DNA of 64,000 bases, from contig OZ024740.1 in the NCBI GenBank assembly GCA_964016885.1, forward strand, positions 142,166,001 to 142,230,000, given 5' to 3'. A program made the position numbers and the translations under genes. Source of the stretch: Eledone cirrhosa. Taxonomy: Eukaryota. How positions within the stretch are numbered: position 1 is the first letter of the stretch; every line of letters starts with the position of its first letter. The notes under the pieces were generated by a model. The model had not been told where the DNA came from, ran no database searches, and saw only the letters and a program-made list of their open reading frames with translations. Of the stretch, positions 59,292 to 64,000 are shown one piece after another.

Positions 59292-59584
59292 ATACTTTGG
59301 GAGGGTTATGTTGCCAATAAGAAACACACGCACCAGTTGCTTTCACTTCAATTTATTATATATTTATAAATTTATAAATTTACAAATCTACAAACTTATG
59401 AATTTCTGGTTGGTTGGTTGGTTCCACAACCAGATAGTTGTTTATATATAGTCATAGTCCTTTCGTCACACACTCTGTGACCTCTTCAGTGACTGGGGAT
59501 TCCTTTCCTTTGTTTCTGTGCCTTTCCTTTCTTCTATCCTACGCCATTTTGTTTCTGTGTGTGTGTTGTGTGCTCAGTTTGCGC

Positions 59585-60121
59585 ATGCGCCACATCAATA
59601 CAACCCCTAGAGGCGAACTAGCCTACAAATTTAGAAGGGCCCTAAATAAACATAATCTCAATATTAAGATAGTAGAAAGACCAGGTACCTCCGTAAAAAC
59701 ACTTATTAGCAAGACATACCCGTTCCAAAGACCCTCATGTATAGATAAGAAATGTATAACCTGTAAAATAAGCCCCCATATTAACTGTAAAACTAGAAAT
59801 GTAGTGTATAGCATAAGATGTACAGAAGGACAATGTAGAAACAAAAATATAGTGTACATGGGTGAGACAGCTCGTAGTATAGGGGAACGAATAAATGAAC
59901 ACTGGCGAGACCTCCAAGATAATAAAGAATCATCTGTGCTCTACCAACATGCTAAGATAGAACACAGGGGTAGACTAGAGAACATAGAAATAAAAATAGA
60001 ATCCACACACAGAAAAGACGCAATGTTTAGACAAATTACAGAGGCAGTAAGCATAAAAGAATTAAAACCAAAATTAAATAGAAAATATGAGTGGAACAGC
60101 AACATCACAACTTACAACTAA
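59585..60121 (+). CDS. Uninterrupted PLE GIY-YIG endonuclease domain with Cys-rich linker (5'-truncated element ORF)
   Basis: VERPG, C..C..C..C, NVVYSIRC..C..VYMGETARSIGERINEH, QHAKIEH, RQITEA, PKLN; ATG at 59585 comes from the inverted arm. Expression unknown. Confidence 0.6.
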   Translation: MRHINTTPRGELAYKFRRALNKHNLNIKIVERPGTSVKTLISKTYPFQRPSCIDKKCITCKISPHINCKTRNVVYSIRCTEGQCRNKNIVYMGETARSIGERINEHWRDLQDNKESSVLYQHAKIEHRGRLENIEIKIESTHRKDAMFRQITEAVSIKELKPKLNRKYEWNSNITTYN

Positions 60122-60423
60122 GGACAAAATGAAAACACACACAGGACAAAATGAAAACACACACACACATAGAACAAACAACCTACAATTAAGGACAAAA
60201 TGAAAACACACACAGGACAAAATGAAAACACACACACACATAGAACAAACAACCAACCAACAATAAATAAATAAATAAATAAACAAATAGATAAATGAAC
60301 ACAAACACACACAGACACCCGGATGTGGCGCATGCGCAAACTGAGCACACAACACACACACAGAAACAAAATGGCGTAGGATAGAAGAAAGGAAAGGCAC
60401 AGAAACAAAGGAAAGGAATCCCC

Positions 60424-60468
60424 AGTCACTGAAGAGGTCACAGAGTGTGTGACGAAAGGACTATGACT
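60424..60468 (+). ncRNA. Minimal hammerhead ribozyme in the pLTR
   Basis: agtca-CTGAAGA-g gtcaca gagtg tgtgac-GAAA-ggac-TA-tgact. Confidence 0.75.
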
Positions 60469-60686
60469 ATATATAAACAACTATCTGGTTGTGGAACCAA
60501 CCAAACAACCAGAAATTTATAAGTTTGTAGATTTGTAAATTTATAAATTTATAAATATATAATAAATTGAAGTGAAAGCAACTGGTGCGTGTGTTTCTTA
60601 TTGGCAACATGACCCTCCCAAAGTATAACAATATCGGTTTCAACACACGATTTCAGATAAAGAATCTTGCTAAACAAATTCAGAAA

Positions 60687-60745
<59 letters not shown>

Positions 60746-60750
60746 CACAC

Positions 60751-60823
<73 letters not shown>

Positions 60824-61371
60824 TATATTTCGATGTCTTCCCATTCTCCCTGTATACTGAAAATTTTACTCTACAAAACGGATTAGTAAGGACAGATTTT
60901 ACATAAGTAAATTCAAAACAAATCTCAATTTTTTAATTAAAAAAAACAAAAACATAACCTTCCTGAATTACTCCCCTTGTAATGAACCATATTCTCATCG
61001 ACATAAGCGACAAAGGTAAAACTATTTGCGTCCCTTGCTTTCAGCAAGACTACAAGCCACCAACCACGTGGGATAAACATAAACGAAAAATCTTTTCGAA
61101 AGACTGTAACGAAAACCCTTTTTAAAATGTTGTAAACACATCTGAAACCGGTTAGAGTAAACAAAAATACATAAATAATCATAAATTAAATTAGCACAGT
61201 AATACAGAACCCTCTAAATAATCAAAATGTCAGTCATCGCATTTTTCAAACCCTATTTTTGTTGCATGAAAAAGAACTGCTCATGTAGATGTCCTTTCTA
61301 AACGAAATAAAATTAATTACCCCTTTTACTTTAACGGAAGACCATTGTATATATATTTACACACACACACA

Positions 61372-61447
<76 letters not shown>

Positions 61448-61506
61448 ATACCAGGTGGACCATAACGCACCAGAGTACTCAATACTGAGGGTAGTAGAGT
61501 GGGTAA

Positions 61507-61613
61507 TAGGAAAAGAGTCAGGTGGCTGAGCTCCGGCCGTTTCGACAGCTAGATCCGAATCTAGCTGTCGAAACGGCTGGAGCTCAACCATCTGGGTCCG
61601 GACTCTTTTTCTA
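61507..61613. repeat. GC-rich inverted repeat (hairpin) between TA tracts
   Basis: ggtggctgagctccggccgtttcgacagctagat ccga atctagctgtcgaaacggctggagctcaaccatc with outer aaaagagtc/gactctttt pairing. Confidence 0.85.
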
Positions 61614-61712
61614 TATATGGATATATATACAAATATATACATATATGTGTGTGTGTGTGTGTGTGTACGTATATATGTATATATATATATATGCAGTATA
61701 TGTATGCATGTA

Positions 61713-61768
<56 letters not shown>

Positions 61769-62784
61769 TACACAAATTCTTTTCAATTTTATATATATGT
61801 TTTCCACCAAAACTTATTTCTGTAATCCCTATAATATTTCTAACCATTATTTCCCCTGTTCAGCGGATATATCAACTGCCTTCCTTCCTGCATCTTTTCC
61901 AATTCACTGTTTTATCGATCTCGTTTACTTCATCATACTGAAATGTTTTCCTTTCTGCTCTTCCAGTAAACACTCATTCCATTCGATTCGATTCGAAAAG
62001 AAAAGTGAATAAAATATAATTATTTTAAAAAGTAAATACTAAAACAAAAAAAAAAGACACCATGTAAATGGCGGTTAATGTTGATGTGTGTTGGTGGTGA
62101 TAGTTGCAAAGGTTGTTGTAGTGGTGATGGTGTTGTTGGTTGTGGTGTTGGCAGTGGTTCTATTATTGTTGGTGGTGGTGGCGGGGGAGGCGTGACATCG
62201 TTTGTTGTGGTGATAGTGGCGGTGACGTTGGTTGTAGTAAGTTAATGTTGAATTGTTGGTGAAGATATTGATGGGGTGGACGGGTGGTAAATTGAAGTGT
62301 CGGAGGTGGTGCTGTCGGCTACGGCAGCCTTGGTGACTTTGACATTGATGGTGATAGGGATGGCGTTATATTTTATTGTGGTAGCAGTGGTGAGAATGGT
62401 GTGAATGTTACTGTTGGTGATGACGGTGGTGATGATGGTGGTTTTCCTGATGTAGTGGATGTGGCAGTGGTGATGATGGTATGGATGTAGTGATGGTATG
62501 ATAGTAGTGATGGTATGGTAGTAGTGACAGTATGGTGGTCGTGATGGTATGGTGGTGATGGTGGTGGTGGTATCGCGGTGGTTAGGTGGTGGTGGTGGTG
62601 GTGGTGGTGGTGGTATAATGGTTGGTGTAGTATAAAAGTATGATGTTAGTCGTCGTCGTAGTGGATGATGGCGGGGTCGCCGTTGCTAATGTTCATGCTG
62701 TAGATTATATAATCACTGATTTACTGTTGGCAGTGATGAGAGGCTTCTATGTCATACAATATGGAGTTGCAAACAGCCAGGAAA

Positions 62785-62838
<54 letters not shown>

Positions 62839-62902
62839 AACTACTACTACTACTACTACTACTACAACTACTACTACAACTACTACTACAACTACTACTA
62901 CA

Positions 62903-62964
<62 letters not shown>

Positions 62965-62989
62965 AACTACCACTACTACTACTACTACA

Positions 62990-63042
<53 letters not shown>

Positions 63043-63043
63043 A

Positions 63044-63093
<50 letters not shown>

Positions 63094-63121
63094 AACTACC
63101 ACTACTACTACTACTACTACA

Positions 63122-63192
<71 letters not shown>

Positions 63193-63211
63193 AACTACCA
63201 CTACTACTACA

Positions 63212-63246
<35 letters not shown>

Positions 63247-63271
63247 AACTACCACTACTACTACTACTACA

Positions 63272-63330
<59 letters not shown>

Positions 63331-63355
63331 AACTACCACTACTACTACTACTACA

Positions 63356-63387
<32 letters not shown>

Positions 63388-63424
63388 AACTACTACTACA
63401 ACTACTACTACAACTACTACTACA

Positions 63425-63516
<92 letters not shown>

Positions 63517-63553
63517 AACTACTACTACAACTACTACTACAACTACTACTACA

Positions 63554-63600
<47 letters not shown>

Positions 63601-63678
63601 CACTATTACTACTACTACTACTACTACTACTACAACTACTACTACTACTACTACTACTACTACAACTACTACTACAAT

Positions 63679-63750
<72 letters not shown>

Positions 63751-63770
63751 AACTACTACTACAACTACTA

Positions 63771-63807
<37 letters not shown>

Positions 63808-63901
63808 AACTACTACTACAACTACTACTACAACTACTACTACAACTACTACTACAACTACTACTACTACTACTACTACTACAACTACAACTACTACTAC
63901 A

Positions 63902-63942
<41 letters not shown>

Positions 63943-64000
63943 AACTACTACTACAACTACCACTACTACTACTACTACTACCACTACTACTACTACTACT
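62785..64000. repeat. >1.2-kb (TAC)n array with aac/cac variants, running off the window
   Basis: Direct reading. Confidence 0.97.

Larger units (their letters stand above)
59285..60690 (+). mobile_element. Mini-PLE: GIY-YIG-only ORF between ~312-bp inverted pLTRs, in (TA)n
   Basis: 59285-59596 is the reverse complement of 60322-60633; HHRs at 59450-59494 (-) and 60424-60468 (+); ~57-bp tail on the right only. Confidence 0.9.

Noticed and set aside
60982-61134. 50-aa ORF MNHILIDISDKGKTICVPC..
   Set aside because: Short, no recognisable family, length expected by chance.

Overview
This is repeat-saturated, AT-rich animal genomic DNA. The extreme (TA)n/(ACAT)n/(TAC)n microsatellite load and the SINE/LINE repertoire suggest an octopus-like cephalopod (inference). 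I cannot support any host protein-coding gene, rRNA, tRNA or CRISPR array; almost all listed ORFs are microsatellite artefacts. The real coding signal is retroelement-derived and decayed: several Penelope-like elements (PLEs; Naiad-type, Neptune-type and a third GIY-YIG type), three pieces of Tx1/L1-clade LINEs, two tandem R4/Dong-like RLE LINEs in (ACAT)n, small CR1-like and CRE-like LINE ends, about 10 copies of a tRNA-derived SINE, and a 42-bp minisatellite of about 47 units. The most striking signal is more than 20 minimal type I hammerhead ribozyme (HHR) motifs from many unrelated sequence families, nearly all in short islands beside (TA)n tracts. They include a non-coding ~295-bp fold-back element whose arms carry a compensatory U3-A8 core variant (UUGAAAA), HHRs with 50-85 nt structured insertions in stem II, and inverted-arm PLE derivatives with a recurring one-sided ~60-bp tail. 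All structures were read by eye; none was computed or tested.
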